Program-made: the position numbers and the translations under genes
Part shown: positions 34,396 through 45,589 of the stretch, piece by piece
Numbering within the stretch: position 1 is the first letter of the stretch
How the letters are laid out: every line of letters begins with the position of its first letter
Source of the DNA: Williopsis jadinii
Lineage: Eukaryota
Length of the DNA stretch: 64,000 bases
Direction: 5' to 3'
Assembly: GCA_024346625.1 (NCBI GenBank)
Contig: AP024664.1
Span: 62,001 to 126,000, forward strand
The notes under the pieces: generated by a model
What the model saw: only the letters and a program-made list of their open reading frames with translations
What the model was told of the DNA's origin: nothing
The model's database searches: none

Positions 34396-35358
34396 TAGTG
34401 GAGACCAAATTGCTATTTTATTGGTATGATTCTAACCAGAATCACTCAACAATTCCAATAAAGATATCACCATAAAGTCGATAGTCTATACTATGCAACA
34501 GCTGGTGTGTTCGATGCATAGTGCTTATGTATAATATAACCTTAAGCTCTGTGAGTTGTAACTCTCTACATGCATCAAATCAATTGCATGTCACACAAAG
34601 GCTTATTCACTATGGAAACGATAGAAGAAATACATGATGAAGTGCATGATGAGACGCATGAAGTAAACTAAAAATTGACACTATTCCAGTACACAGAGAG
34701 ACGGATTGTATGGTGAACAGTTATATTCCCAGTACAGTTTAACTCAAACTCGTGCATTCTGCCTTCATGCACAGTGAGTTGCATATTTCACAAAACCCCA
34801 GTAACCATCAAGACAACACACTTAAATGTAAAGTGCACAAAAGCACTGTCTTGAATATTTAACTAGCTCTGAATCCTCAAAAATTGTTCTTCAACTCTTT
34901 CCACTCTTTCCCACAAATCCCGAAAGATGGCAACAAAGGCTGATGACTCTTGTTGGAGCCTGTCCACCTCCTTCAAAGTTATCACCTTGACACATCTTAG
35001 GGTATACTGCCTAGTACACCATCACTACTGGGAATACGTGAAGACTATTGAGCAACGGCAGAACAAAGTGAGTTTAGTCAACCTGCTTTGTATGGTCACT
35101 GTGTTGGCTGATTAGCATTTACCAGATCACTGACTTACAACAGGATGTATAAGGCACAAGGTCTACAGACGGTGAGGGCTCTCCTAGCTGAACGATATTG
35201 ATAGGGGTTTGGTACTTTTGGGATGCTATCGTCTTGACGGTTTTCACAAGGTGTGATGCTGAAGAAGTACAGTTGCTCTTGCTCTCAGATTTTGGATTCA
35301 TGATGCGACATTATCATTGGATGTTCAGTTGACCATACGACGTTGGTTCAGGATGAAG

Positions 35359-35897
35359 GTTGTCTGAGGAAAGTCTGTCCAACTTTCGTTAGATGAGCTC
35401 AGTCTGAACTCAAGTGTGGTTGTCATGATTGCTGGTGATGGAAGATGAAGTCTTGGGTAGCTACTTCGAGGCTATCAGAAGTTGTCGACTGTGAGAGTGT
35501 CAATCACACGAGATCAGTTCAGAATGACGGTTGTCTGAAGGAAGTCTGTCCAACTTTCGTTAGATGAGCTCAGTCTGAACTCAAGTGTGGTTGTCATGAT
35601 TGCTGGTGATGGAAGATGAAGTCTTGGGTAGCTACTTCGAGGCTATCAGAAGTTGTCGACTGTGAGAGTGTCAATCACACGAGATCAGTTCAGAATGACG
35701 GTTGTCTGAAGGAAGTCTGTCCAACTTTCGTTAGATGAGCTCAGTCTGAACTCAAGTGTGGTTGTCATGATTGCTGGTGATGGAAGATGAAGTCTTGGGT
35801 AGCTACTTCGAGGCTATCAGAAGTTGTCGACTGTGAGAGTGTCAATCACACGAGATCAGTTCAGAATGACGGTTGTCTGAAGGAAGTCTGTCCAACT
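35359..35897. repeat. Tandem array of 171-bp units (three identical plus a partial fourth), with diverged copies out to ~35250 and ~36160
   Basis: AAGTCTGTCCAACT starts at 35371, 35542, 35713 and 35884, a period of 171. Confidence 0.97.
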
Positions 35898-37244
35898 CTC
35901 TTTAAATAGCCGTTAACTAGACTCGAGCGTGGTTGTCATGACTGCTGTCGGTAATGGAAGATGGACCTCGACGGAGTGCTGAAGATGAAGTTTTCGGTAC
36001 CGACAACGATTTCATGCTAGAACATCATCATTGGAAGCTCGGTAAAGCATACGAGGTCCGTCCTGGATGAAGATTATCTGAAGCAAGTCTGTCCCGCCTC
36101 CTTCAGATCACATCTGGTTGGACTCAAGTATGCTTGACATGACTACCATTGGTGATGAAAGGCTGAGATCAAAGATTACACCATTAACTACTGAAGTGAC
36201 CGGAGTTAGAGAGTTAGATATTGTCCGCATATATCAGTTCGAGCCATCCTGGAGGGATTACGTACAGATGCAGTTGTACGGTATCCACTAGGATTGGTTC
36301 ACCATTTGTAGTTGTAGACTACCACCAGCTCTACCATGCTGTTCAGGTAGTTGCCGGCAATATAGTGAGCAGTTCTGTGACCTGAGACCTCAACTCTGCG
36401 GATCTCAAGATTCAGAACTCCCTATGCTTGTCTATAACTACCTAAACAATTATGGTAGAAGAGGTGAAACCGAAGAAGAGGGAAGTACGGTCAATTGGGT
36501 CTAGCATGGTAGGAGCAACACACTAACAATGACTGCATACCACTCAATGCCTGTAGATGAAGACGGTGATGGTTGTGTAGAACCGTAGAACAACTGTGTG
36601 TTAGGCACTTTGAGTGTGATTCGTCTGTTTGAGACACATATATATTTAACAATTGAGCAGCTGAATCTCTGGAGTCAATTGTTGAATTATAACAAAGCAC
36701 CATGGAATGTCCAGTAGACGTCACTTGCAGCTCAATTTTTATGGTAGAGTTTGTTCTGGTGTTGTATCTACTTATTAGTAGTACACAGCATAGAGTGACT
36801 CACAAACCAGGTGAGTGTTCAAACAACAACGAGCATAAAATGGAATTTGGATCTGGTGGTTGTATTGGCGTATCTGTGACACTGGGGACTTGGAAAAATA
36901 GATTGTGTTCCTATAGGAAGTATGTAGAAGGGTTCTGGCTAATGGCAGATGGAGAGTCGTTCGAGTAAATATCGTAGACAATGATAGGATCTGGTTAATC
37001 ATCTCTTGCCAATAGCAAGGGTGTTATCTTCTTCTACATTTGTCTCCTATGGGGTATGAGCAAATTCAAGCGTCTTTTTGACGAATTTGACCAATTTAGC
37101 AATGGTCACATCTCATGAAATATTGAAGATTCCGTGCTCATGTTAGGTGGATCTCTTAGTTAGAGGGTAAGCTATAGAGTGGTATAATTTCGGTGAGCTT
37201 GGAGAGCAGAGAACTATTTTTATTGGTAGCATTATAATAATTAT

Positions 37245-37590
37245 CGCATAACTACGAGGAGCCAGAATTATATATAACACACGTGGTGTGGACCATTTTG
37301 GAAAAACCACTGATCTAATCAAGTTAAAAGTTAGTATATATGATAATATCGATTAGTGCTACGGTATGACGGTTCCAGGTTTCCCAAATTTTGTTTCGTT
37401 GTTGAGATATAAGCAAATTTTGTGTTTTTCTTGATTATACCATACAAACTATGAATGGTTATATCTCAGAAATTATTGAAGGTAACATGCTCATACTTTG
37501 TATATCTCCTGATTCGAGTAAGAGCTACATTGTGGTATAATTTGGGGAAATTTGAAGGGGGTTGCTATTTTTATAAGTATCAGTCTAATA
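37245..37590. repeat. Direct repeat A2, preceded by an older partial copy at ~37100-37240
   Basis: Aligns to 34050-34395. 37101-37235 is a diverged copy of 37455-37590. Confidence 0.85.
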
Positions 37591-38027
37591 ATTCAGAAAT
37601 ATAAGAGATGAAGGTTAGGTTCTAGGAACTTTATAAAGAAGTACAATGGTTCAAGGAGTGCCCTTTGAACCATTGCAGAGAAACATTCGAGTCTTGAGGA
37701 TTCGTGCTTCATGTTGTTTTCACATCCTTAAAGGATGTGATCACTGTACAGGGTTATAGTAAATCACAGTTGATATAAATCAGTGATACATCCGGAAATC
37801 GAGTCCGACGGTCGAATATCACAGCTTTGGTATTGCCCATCTCGCACACTTTTCCTGCTACAAATCAGTTTTGCTGCCATTTTGCTGTGCCTTTTCGTGC
37901 CCTGACAGCAGAGCTTCACATTTGGCGCCAAAGTCTACAAAAGGGCAGCTTTTTGGGCAACAGTTATAGCCCTCCACAGTGTTTGATTATAAGACACTGC
38001 TGGAAGATCCCATTGGCTGAGATAAAC

Positions 38028-39015
38028 ATGGTTCCAAGCTCCTTACCAAAGCCAATCACACAGGCTTACAACAGATCGCTTGAGCTTTCCAAAGCGGATC
38101 CCCTGGTGTCATACTTCTGTAAGTTCATTGCAAGTCCTTCACTTGAACAGTCCAATGGAGACTAACTACTATGAAGGTAAGCTTTATGCTGTGGAACAGA
38201 TCCTTGATAGTGGATTGCACACTAGCGATGATGCAGTTGCTCAGTTTGCGATGAAATTGATGGATGAAATTGAGGAGGCCCGCAAAGGCGATGATGTTGT
38301 TCTTCAAGAGGTTATCCATGATAAAGAGACTAGCATTGCCTACGTGGTTAATTTTGCCAATAAGATCTTTGCAAGTGCCAAGCTACAAATCAAGGAGCAG
38401 AAGAGTGCGAAGAGCACTGCCATGGCACTGCTCGCCAGTGTAAACTTCTATGAGCTCTTGAACTTATGGCCAGATGAACATCAGAGGTTGGAGGATACAG
38501 AAGAGCTGAGTAAAAAGATCAAATACGCTAAGTACCATGCTGCTCGTATCCTGAAGGCTTTGAAGAACAACGAGGATCCTAATGAGTACGTTGCACCAGA
38601 GGAGCAGGTCGTTGAGTCTTCAAATGAACTAGTTGAAGCGCATGAGCCAAGTGCGATAGACGAAGCCCCACCAAATTTTGTCGATGACCATGAAGATGGC
38701 GACGAACCTGCCTTGAACTTACCGTCAATCCCATCATCCAATCCAACAGCGGAGTTCTCACTCCCAGAACCACCAAAGGATGTACCAAGACACAGCTCAC
38801 CTCCAGTGAATGCACCTTCTTTGAAGAGCCCAAGGAGATCTGTAGAGGAACAGCACGAGGAGGTTAACGTTGAAGAGATACTGGAGAGCAGTGAAGTCTA
38901 CTCAAAGGCTCAAAAGCATTCCAAATTCGCCATCAGTGCAATGAACTACGAGGACACACCAACTGCAATCAAGGAATTGGAAGAGGCCCTCAGGTTGTTG
39001 AGAACTTTGGAGTGA
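38028..39015 (+). CDS. VTA1: ESCRT/Vps4 cofactor Vta1; join(38028..38118,38177..39015)
   Basis: Splicing restores DPLVSYFCKLYAVEQIL. KIKYAKYHAARI and the VSL domain AQKHSKFAISAMNYED are present. Intron GTAAGT...GACTAAC...AAG. Confidence 0.94.
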
Positions 39016-39045
39016 TTAGATTAGTTCTTCATATGCTGTATCAAT

Positions 39046-39096
39046 CACGTGCGTTAACTGATATAAACACGTGATCTAACTAACACCAAACACGTG
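39046..39096. promoter_or_regulatory. Three CACGTG E-boxes (Cbf1/Pho4-type) upstream of the multicopper oxidase
   Basis: CACGTG at 39046, 39068 and 39091, each also reading TCACGTG on one strand. Confidence 0.55.
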
Positions 39097-39227
39097 ATCA
39101 TGTAAATCAAATCAAATCCCGAGATTGTGGGCTTCCACCATTATTCCGTGTCACTGAATAAAACAACCATTTACACACCACGCCATACACCCGCAAACCA
39201 TCAGTTACACATTTAAGACAGTTGTAA

Positions 39228-41240
39228 ATGCTTGGTATTTGGCTGCTGCTATCGTTTGTATCACTGGCATTTGGCGCTGGCGTCACACACAACTTTGAAT
39301 GGGTCATTGGTAACCAGAACTTGAGCCCCGATGGTGAAGTAACAAGAGAAGTCATCACGATCAACAACGAATGGCCAGCTCCGCAGATCAGAATAAACAA
39401 AGGGGACCGTGTTGTGATCCATGTTATCAACAACTTGAAAGAGGATACCTCGCTTCATTTCCATGGGATCTTCCAGAGAAACTCAAGTCATATGGATGGT
39501 GCGACGATGATCTCACAGTGTCCTATACCTCCGGGAGGTGAGTTCACATACGATTTCACGGTGCCTGATCAAACAGGAACATACTGGTATCACAGTCACT
39601 CTGTTGCTCAGTACGGTGACGGCTTAAGAGGTGTGTTCATTGTCGAAGACGGTGATGAGAATGAGCTCTACGATGGAGATATGGCCATTATGCTCGCTGA
39701 TTGGTACCATACTCCGAGCGCCATACTAGTTGAACAGATGTTTGCACAGGGCTCAAGAGGAGGGGAGCCTTCCATCAAATCGGGGCTGTTCAACGAGACT
39801 GAACGACAGAGCTTGTTTGTTCAGCCGGATAAGACCTATCTGATTAGATTGGTAAACGGCGGAATGAGCGCAACGCAGTACTTCTACATCGAAGACCATA
39901 CCATAACCATTGTGGAGGTTGATGGTGTGAAAGTTGACCCTGTTGAGGTTGAGGCTGTACAGCTGGCGACTGGCCAGAGATATAATGTTGTTCTGAAGAC
40001 CAAATCAACAAGTGATCGTAACTATGGAGTTGTTCAGATTACAAACATCATGATGAATAAGAAGTACACAACAAACTGGCTTGTGTATGGTGAAAAAGAG
40101 CCAGAGCAAGAGGCCTCTGTTCAAGTCCGTAAGAGAGTTGGAGACTTGAACTTCTATGATGACATTAATCTGAGACCCTTGGGCTCCATTGCAAAACTAC
40201 CAGAACCTGATCATCGTCTAACGTTTGTCTACTCATCGGACCATTTCAACCAATACGGCACGAAGTACTATACAATGAACTCTCACCCTCATTTGTCTCC
40301 AAAGGTACCAACACTCCATACCGTATTTAGTGCAAACAATGGTTCAAAAGCACTGGATCCAAAGATCTATGGGGAGGGAACGAATGCCTTCATCTTACAG
40401 AAGGACGAAATTGTTGAAATTGTGTTGAATTCAGAGGATCATATGCGTCATCCTTTCCACCTACACGGCCATAACTTCCAGATCTTGACTCGTGGTGCCC
40501 ATATCCATTATAGAGAAATGCAGGAATCACAATTCCCAGAGTACCCTGCGATTAGGGACACTGTTAACGTTCCAGGAAGCGGACACGTTGTTTTGAGATT
40601 CAAAGCTCAAAACCCAGGTGTTTGGTTTTTCCACTGTCATACTGAATGGCACGCAGTACAAGGATTGGGGGTTGTGTTCATCGAGGCACCTGATGTGATG
40701 CTTGAGACCCAGACTCTGCCACAGATGAATAAGGACCTGTGTGTTGCGTACGGTGCAAAGCCGATGGGTAATGCTGCTGGTAATGATGATTTGGATGATT
40801 TAACTGGTGAGGTTAGATGGCCAGTAAGACAGCAGGATTGGAAACCAACCACTGAAGAGACAACGACAACAATCATGCCAAGCACTGATAGAGCCACTTT
40901 CATGCCAACAAAGACAGCAATGGAGCAGGTGAAAGCCACTACAGATGCCAATGCCATCACAACGACAAGTACTCATACAAAGGCAACGAAGCAGGCTACC
41001 ACCACCACCACCACCACCTCACGGGCCCACAAGGGCATGGGCATGAGAAAGAAGCCACACACAACGACCAATACAACGCCTATGGTGGCCACCATGGACA
41101 TCCAATTCAAAGGTGAAGCACTATTCATCTATCTCATCGCCATGGTTGTCATCGCTGGTATATTTGCCTATCTCATACAGAGGGGGATGAACAAGTTGAA
41201 GAAGAAGATACCACTTGGAGGCATCAACTCGGAAGTCTAA
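39228..41240 (+). CDS. Fet3/Fet5-like multicopper oxidase with a Thr-rich stalk and C-terminal TM helix
   Basis: Signal peptide and Cu motifs SLHFHG, YWYHSH, HPFHLHGH and WFFHCHTEWH. Confidence 0.92.
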   Translation: MLGIWLLLSFVSLAFGAGVTHNFEWVIGNQNLSPDGEVTREVITINNEWPAPQIRINKGDRVVIHVINNLKEDTSLHFHGIFQRNSSHMDGATMISQCPIPPGGEFTYDFTVPDQTGTYWYHSHSVAQYGDGLRGVFIVEDGDENELYDGDMAIMLADWYHTPSAILVEQMFAQGSRGGEPSIKSGLFNETERQSLFVQPDKTYLIRLVNGGMSATQYFYIEDHTITIVEVDGVKVDPVEVEAVQLATGQRYNVVLKTKSTSDRNYGVVQITNIMMNKKYTTNWLVYGEKEPEQEASVQVRKRVGDLNFYDDINLRPLGSIAKLPEPDHRLTFVYSSDHFNQYGTKYYTMNSHPHLSPKVPTLHTVFSANNGSKALDPKIYGEGTNAFILQKDEIVEIVLNSEDHMRHPFHLHGHNFQILTRGAHIHYREMQESQFPEYPAIRDTVNVPGSGHVVLRFKAQNPGVWFFHCHTEWHAVQGLGVVFIEAPDVMLETQTLPQMNKDLCVAYGAKPMGNAAGNDDLDDLTGEVRWPVRQQDWKPTTEETTTTIMPSTDRATFMPTKTAMEQVKATTDANAITTTSTHTKATKQATTTTTTTSRAHKGMGMRKKPHTTTNTTPMVATMDIQFKGEALFIYLIAMVVIAGIFAYLIQRGMNKLKKKIPLGGINSEV

Positions 41241-41603
41241 GGATACAGGCATACAGGTGTATACACGCTTGATGGTTATTTATATAAAGAACAGAAGAAG
41301 AACAAACTATGGTGAATATAAGTATATATATCTAATACCCGAGATCTCCTTGTAAATCCCCTTATCTCCGTGCGCCAGATTACATAATACTAACATCCAA
41401 ACACCACAAAATAATATCTCGCTTATCCGCTTATTTCCGAGCATCAGTACCCTTTTTCTCTTCATCTGTTTATTTTTCGTCTTTATCTTTTTGATCAATG
41501 GACGACTTCTACGCACTTTCCACATCTTTCATTCTTTCCCAAACCCCCTTTTTTCGCCTTGATCCTACATCTCCACCAGTCAGTTCCACTCGATAGAAAC
41601 TAA

Positions 41604-43655
41604 ATGAAGCCGGCACTGAATAAGGTGGTGTTGCCGCTGTTCATATCACAACTGTTGTTCCCAATCCCCGGTGCTAACGGTGAAGCACAGAAGGGCTCGA
41701 TACAACAGAGTACACTTTACTCATGTCAAGCCGCTCTGAACGGCTATAACTTCCAGTGTGAGGAAGGGAACTGGCCATGTACTTGTGAATACGCGCCTCT
41801 TGCTGCTAGTGTGATCGAGTGCATGGACCTGTACTTGCCCAGCTCAGTGGATCGTGTAAGTGGACATATTGCATTCATCAAGGCATGCTGGAAATTCACA
41901 CAGACAGACATCTCGCTTGAAGATGTAGCGGGGATATCAGCAAATGCCAGTGAGTACTTTGTTGACACCAGGGCTGTGAATAGCTCGACGCCAGTGTTTG
42001 TTCCTTTGAGACTGCATAGAGAAGATGTTCAGAATAGAATAAGGGACTATAGAGCATTTCTGGGTAACTTTGATGACTCACAGAGGTACGGTATCATCAT
42101 CAACATGTATTGGGTAGTGATGATCACGTGGTTTGCAATGTGTAATAAGCTGAAGAAGACCAGATGGAACGAGAAGATCGTTTCAAGGCGGATAAACTTC
42201 CTCAGAGCAAATATATCATTACCTTTACTATTTGGATCACATCAGACTCCATTCAACGTGACCCCGTGGTTGACTACCCTACTACCGACCTTTGGCGATT
42301 CATTGGTTCTCCTTGGCTACTTTGCGTTGAATGTATTCTTCTTGTTCCATAACTACAAGATTACAGAGAATAATCAACTTTTTGGGCCAAACTCCAATAC
42401 CTTACAAACTGCAAGATACCTTGCGGACAGGGCCGGTGTTCTATCATTTGCACACTTCCCACTGTTGGTATTATTCGCCGGTAGAAACAATATCCTTATT
42501 GGATTCTCTGAATTGCCTTATGCAACGTTTATGATATTCCATAAATGGACTGCAAGGGTTATGGTTGTGCATGCAACGTTACACACATTGGCGTACCTGT
42601 GGATGCTTTGGTATAAAGGATCATTTGCGGTCTTTATCCATGAATGGTGGTTTGTCATGGGGGTATTGGCTATTGTCTTGGGAGTACTGATCCTGTTATT
42701 TGCTGCTCACTACTTCAGAGTACGATTTTACGAATGGTTCTTGGTATCCCATATAGTCTTTGCATTGCTGTTCTTTATATCATGCTGGGAGCATTGTGTG
42801 ACATTTGGCTGGCTTGATTGGATCGCATGTGCATTTGCTTTTTGGATCACTGATAGATTGATCAGAATCTATAGGTTGGCTCGATTTGGTGCACCAAGGG
42901 CCACCATAGAACACATCTCAGACGACACGTTCAAAGTGAGTGTTAAGAGACCACACAATTGGAAACCATACCCTGGATGTTTTGTCTTCATCCATTTCTT
43001 ACACTGGTCAATCTTCTGGCAATCTCATCCTTTCACCATTGTTGATTCAGTGTTAGAAGACGAACAAGTAACAATCTATATTAAAGCCAAGGATGGTCTA
43101 ACGGGTCAGATTGCCAAGCTGTTGTCACACACTGGCCAGATATCCATGAGAGTGTCATTGGAGGGACCTTACGGCAACCAATCCCCGTGCGAGAACTATG
43201 AGAATGTTATTCTATTTGCCGGTGGTAATGGTATACCGGGGCCCTTCTACCATGCTCTGCACTTAGCAGAAGGCTCTAGACTACTACCCAAGTCCAAGAT
43301 ACGACTGATTTGGATCATCAGATCTGTCGACTCCATCAAATGGTTCGAGCCGGAGTTGAAGCGACTGTGCAGGACAAAGATACAGTGTGACATCTACATC
43401 ACCAGGGACTTCGAAGCGTCCATGGTGCGTGCAAACCCATTGCTTTCACAATTCAAACACCATATAACGTTCCACAGTGGGAGAGCCCCGTCTGCAAAGA
43501 TCCTACAGCAGGAATTTGAACTGTGCTCAAGTTCCTTAGCCATTGTGACCTGTGGTCCTGGAATGATGTGCGATGAGATACGGCACGTGGTTGCAAAGAG
43601 CGTGGAGGACGTCGACTACCGTGTTGATCTATTTGAAGAGCTACAAGTCTGGTGA
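41604..43655 (+). CDS. Ferric/cupric reductase, FRE family
   Basis: Cys-rich N-terminus, ADRAG, FAGRNN, heme His residues (FHKW, HTL, SH), WQSHPFT, EGPYG, AGGNGIPG, TCGP and FEELQVW. Confidence 0.94.
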   Translation: MKPALNKVVLPLFISQLLFPIPGANGEAQKGSIQQSTLYSCQAALNGYNFQCEEGNWPCTCEYAPLAASVIECMDLYLPSSVDRVSGHIAFIKACWKFTQTDISLEDVAGISANASEYFVDTRAVNSSTPVFVPLRLHREDVQNRIRDYRAFLGNFDDSQRYGIIINMYWVVMITWFAMCNKLKKTRWNEKIVSRRINFLRANISLPLLFGSHQTPFNVTPWLTTLLPTFGDSLVLLGYFALNVFFLFHNYKITENNQLFGPNSNTLQTARYLADRAGVLSFAHFPLLVLFAGRNNILIGFSELPYATFMIFHKWTARVMVVHATLHTLAYLWMLWYKGSFAVFIHEWWFVMGVLAIVLGVLILLFAAHYFRVRFYEWFLVSHIVFALLFFISCWEHCVTFGWLDWIACAFAFWITDRLIRIYRLARFGAPRATIEHISDDTFKVSVKRPHNWKPYPGCFVFIHFLHWSIFWQSHPFTIVDSVLEDEQVTIYIKAKDGLTGQIAKLLSHTGQISMRVSLEGPYGNQSPCENYENVILFAGGNGIPGPFYHALHLAEGSRLLPKSKIRLIWIIRSVDSIKWFEPELKRLCRTKIQCDIYITRDFEASMVRANPLLSQFKHHITFHSGRAPSAKILQQEFELCSSSLAIVTCGPGMMCDEIRHVVAKSVEDVDYRVDLFEELQVW

Positions 43656-44239
43656 ATGCCAGCCTTACCAGTGGCTCCGGAATTGCACCAACCGTAATGA
43701 TACAACCATCGCTATATAGAACGTATATGTGTATGAGTTTTCGCATTTCCATCCAAATCGGGTAATTGCCGGCCTTGCTATCCTCTACGCCATTTTCGCC
43801 GCAAATCGGTGTAATATAGATTTCATCCAGCGATTTGCGCCGCAAATTGGCGCAAACCTGCTGGATCAGAAAAAAGCGAAATGCAAAAAAAAAGAAAAAA
43901 CGTGCAAACTCTAAAAAACTTTGATGTTGTCAATTGTCCACTGAAACTGCTTCTTTTAATCATCTTCTTTTTCCTTCACGTGTTTGCCTCCTCGCTTTCA
44001 TAGCTTCATCGTCAAGAACTTCAGGTTCGTTCCATTCGCTTATTCTTCTCAAATCTGTTCGCCTCTTTTTGACTTGTTCATAACCGTTTGTGGTTCACTT
44101 CTTCGTTACTGTTTGTTTACTCCTTTTTGCGCCATCACGCGTTCTCGGAAACCAAAACAGCAACAACAACAACAGCGGAAACAACAACGTCAACAGACAA
44201 ACAGCACGGTGCTTTGGGATTCATTTGGTGTGTGATTCT

Positions 44240-45589
44240 ATGACCACTGTTCAGATTACGAAGGGCAACTTCCACGAGAGTGCCAAATCAACACACCATC
44301 GTGGAGAAAGCGTTGGTAAGATCACCGTCAACGTTGGTGATGCTGCTACTTCAGTAGGCGCAACAACAACAACAACCAGTGCTACAACAGGTCAGCTGCC
44401 GCCATTACCGCAGTATGTTCCAAGACCAGGTGCTTTGAAGCCTTCAAAGTCGTCGGTTTATCTCACCGACGCTCAATATGAGAGGCATTTCACCGTCCAA
44501 GGGAGAAGCACGCTATTCGCTCGGTTGAAAAGCTTTCTCCCACCAGTCGACTTTAGCGTTGTTACGTTTTGTCTGGTGTGGTATGCGATGAGTGCGATAT
44601 CGTCAAACATCACTAAGAAGATACTCATTGAGTTTCCCTACCCGACAACCTTGACAGAGGTGCAGTTCCTAATATCGTCGATGTTTTGTATCGGCACTAT
44701 GTGGGTTATAAACAACCAGCGCTGGTTGGTCAAATACTTCCCTCAGGGCTCTGTTCCAACGATGGATCAGTTTGAGAAGAATGGTGCCGTGTCCACGTGG
44801 AACCTTGTTAAACCGAATGAGAAGGTACTGAAAACGACCATAACTATGGGCATGTTTCAATTCGTGGGCCATATCACTTCTCATCAGGCCACTAGCGTGA
44901 TTCCCGTGTCACTGGTCCATAGTGTCAAAGCTCTGAGTCCATTAACTACCGTGCTGGCCTATAGAGTTGGCTTTAAAGTTCAATACCGCACCGTTACTTA
45001 TTTGACGTTGATCCCGTTGATGGTTGGTGTCATTTTGACGTGTTTTGGTAATTACAAGAGCAAGAATAACAATGAGGAAGGATTCTACAAAGGGCTCTTC
45101 TTTGCCTTGATCTCGATGGCCATATTTGTGAGTCAGAACATATACGCCAAACAGATCTTGACTTGGAAGGACGAAAAGGCATTACCAACTCAGCAGAGAC
45201 CTAAAGCGGAGACCAAGATTGATAAGATCACCATCTTGTTGTACTGTTCACTGATCGGCTTCGTCCTAACGCTACCGGTGTTCACAATCACAGAACTCCT
45301 CAACTACGGTGACGTTGGCTGTACCATCTGTAAGATGAATGCCAAGATCATCTCCTTATTCCTACTCCACGGTGGTTCGCACTTCCTCCAGGCAATGCTT
45401 GCGTTCCACCTGATTGGATTAGTGTCCCCTGTTAACTACTCAGTTGCAAACATCATGAAGAGAATAGTTGTGATACTATTTGCGCTGTTGATGGAACGCA
45501 CCAGTGTTAACGGCGTACAGTGCTGTGGTTTGCTGCTTACAATGACAGGGTTATATCTATACGATCGATTTGGTTCAAAGAGGGTCTAA
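44240..45589 (+). CDS. SLY41: Triose-phosphate/nucleotide-sugar transporter family protein Sly41
   Basis: CLVWYAMSAISS, FPYPTTLTEVQF, PVSLVHSVKALSP and SPVNYSVANIMKRIVVI. Confidence 0.82.
   Translation: MTTVQITKGNFHESAKSTHHRGESVGKITVNVGDAATSVGATTTTTSATTGQLPPLPQYVPRPGALKPSKSSVYLTDAQYERHFTVQGRSTLFARLKSFLPPVDFSVVTFCLVWYAMSAISSNITKKILIEFPYPTTLTEVQFLISSMFCIGTMWVINNQRWLVKYFPQGSVPTMDQFEKNGAVSTWNLVKPNEKVLKTTITMGMFQFVGHITSHQATSVIPVSLVHSVKALSPLTTVLAYRVGFKVQYRTVTYLTLIPLMVGVILTCFGNYKSKNNNEEGFYKGLFFALISMAIFVSQNIYAKQILTWKDEKALPTQQRPKAETKIDKITILLYCSLIGFVLTLPVFTITELLNYGDVGCTICKMNAKIISLFLLHGGSHFLQAMLAFHLIGLVSPVNYSVANIMKRIVVILFALLMERTSVNGVQCCGLLLTMTGLYLYDRFGSKRV

Larger units (their letters stand above)
33274..37972 (-). 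mobile_element. Degenerate IS607-like Fanzor2/TnpB element, copy 1, interrupted by ~3.9 kb of other DNA
   Basis: The right part (33274-33565) and left end (37835-37972) both match copy 2 at 59903-60672, in the same order and orientation. Exact ends are inferred. Confidence 0.7.

Noticed and set aside
35359..35897. CRISPR-like array near a TnpB/Cas12-like remnant
   Set aside because: The units are identical end to end with no unique spacers, so this is a plain tandem repeat.
35359..35897. Primate alpha-satellite or contamination (171-bp period)
   Set aside because: Only the length matches. The unit has diverged local relatives and no alpha-satellite or CENP-B box features that I recognise.
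37827..38165. 112-aa ORF with an apparent paralogue at 60456-60827 (TFPATNQFC.HFAVP)
   Set aside because: The similarity comes from the shared non-coding element end. The 3' part is VTA1 exon 1 plus intron.
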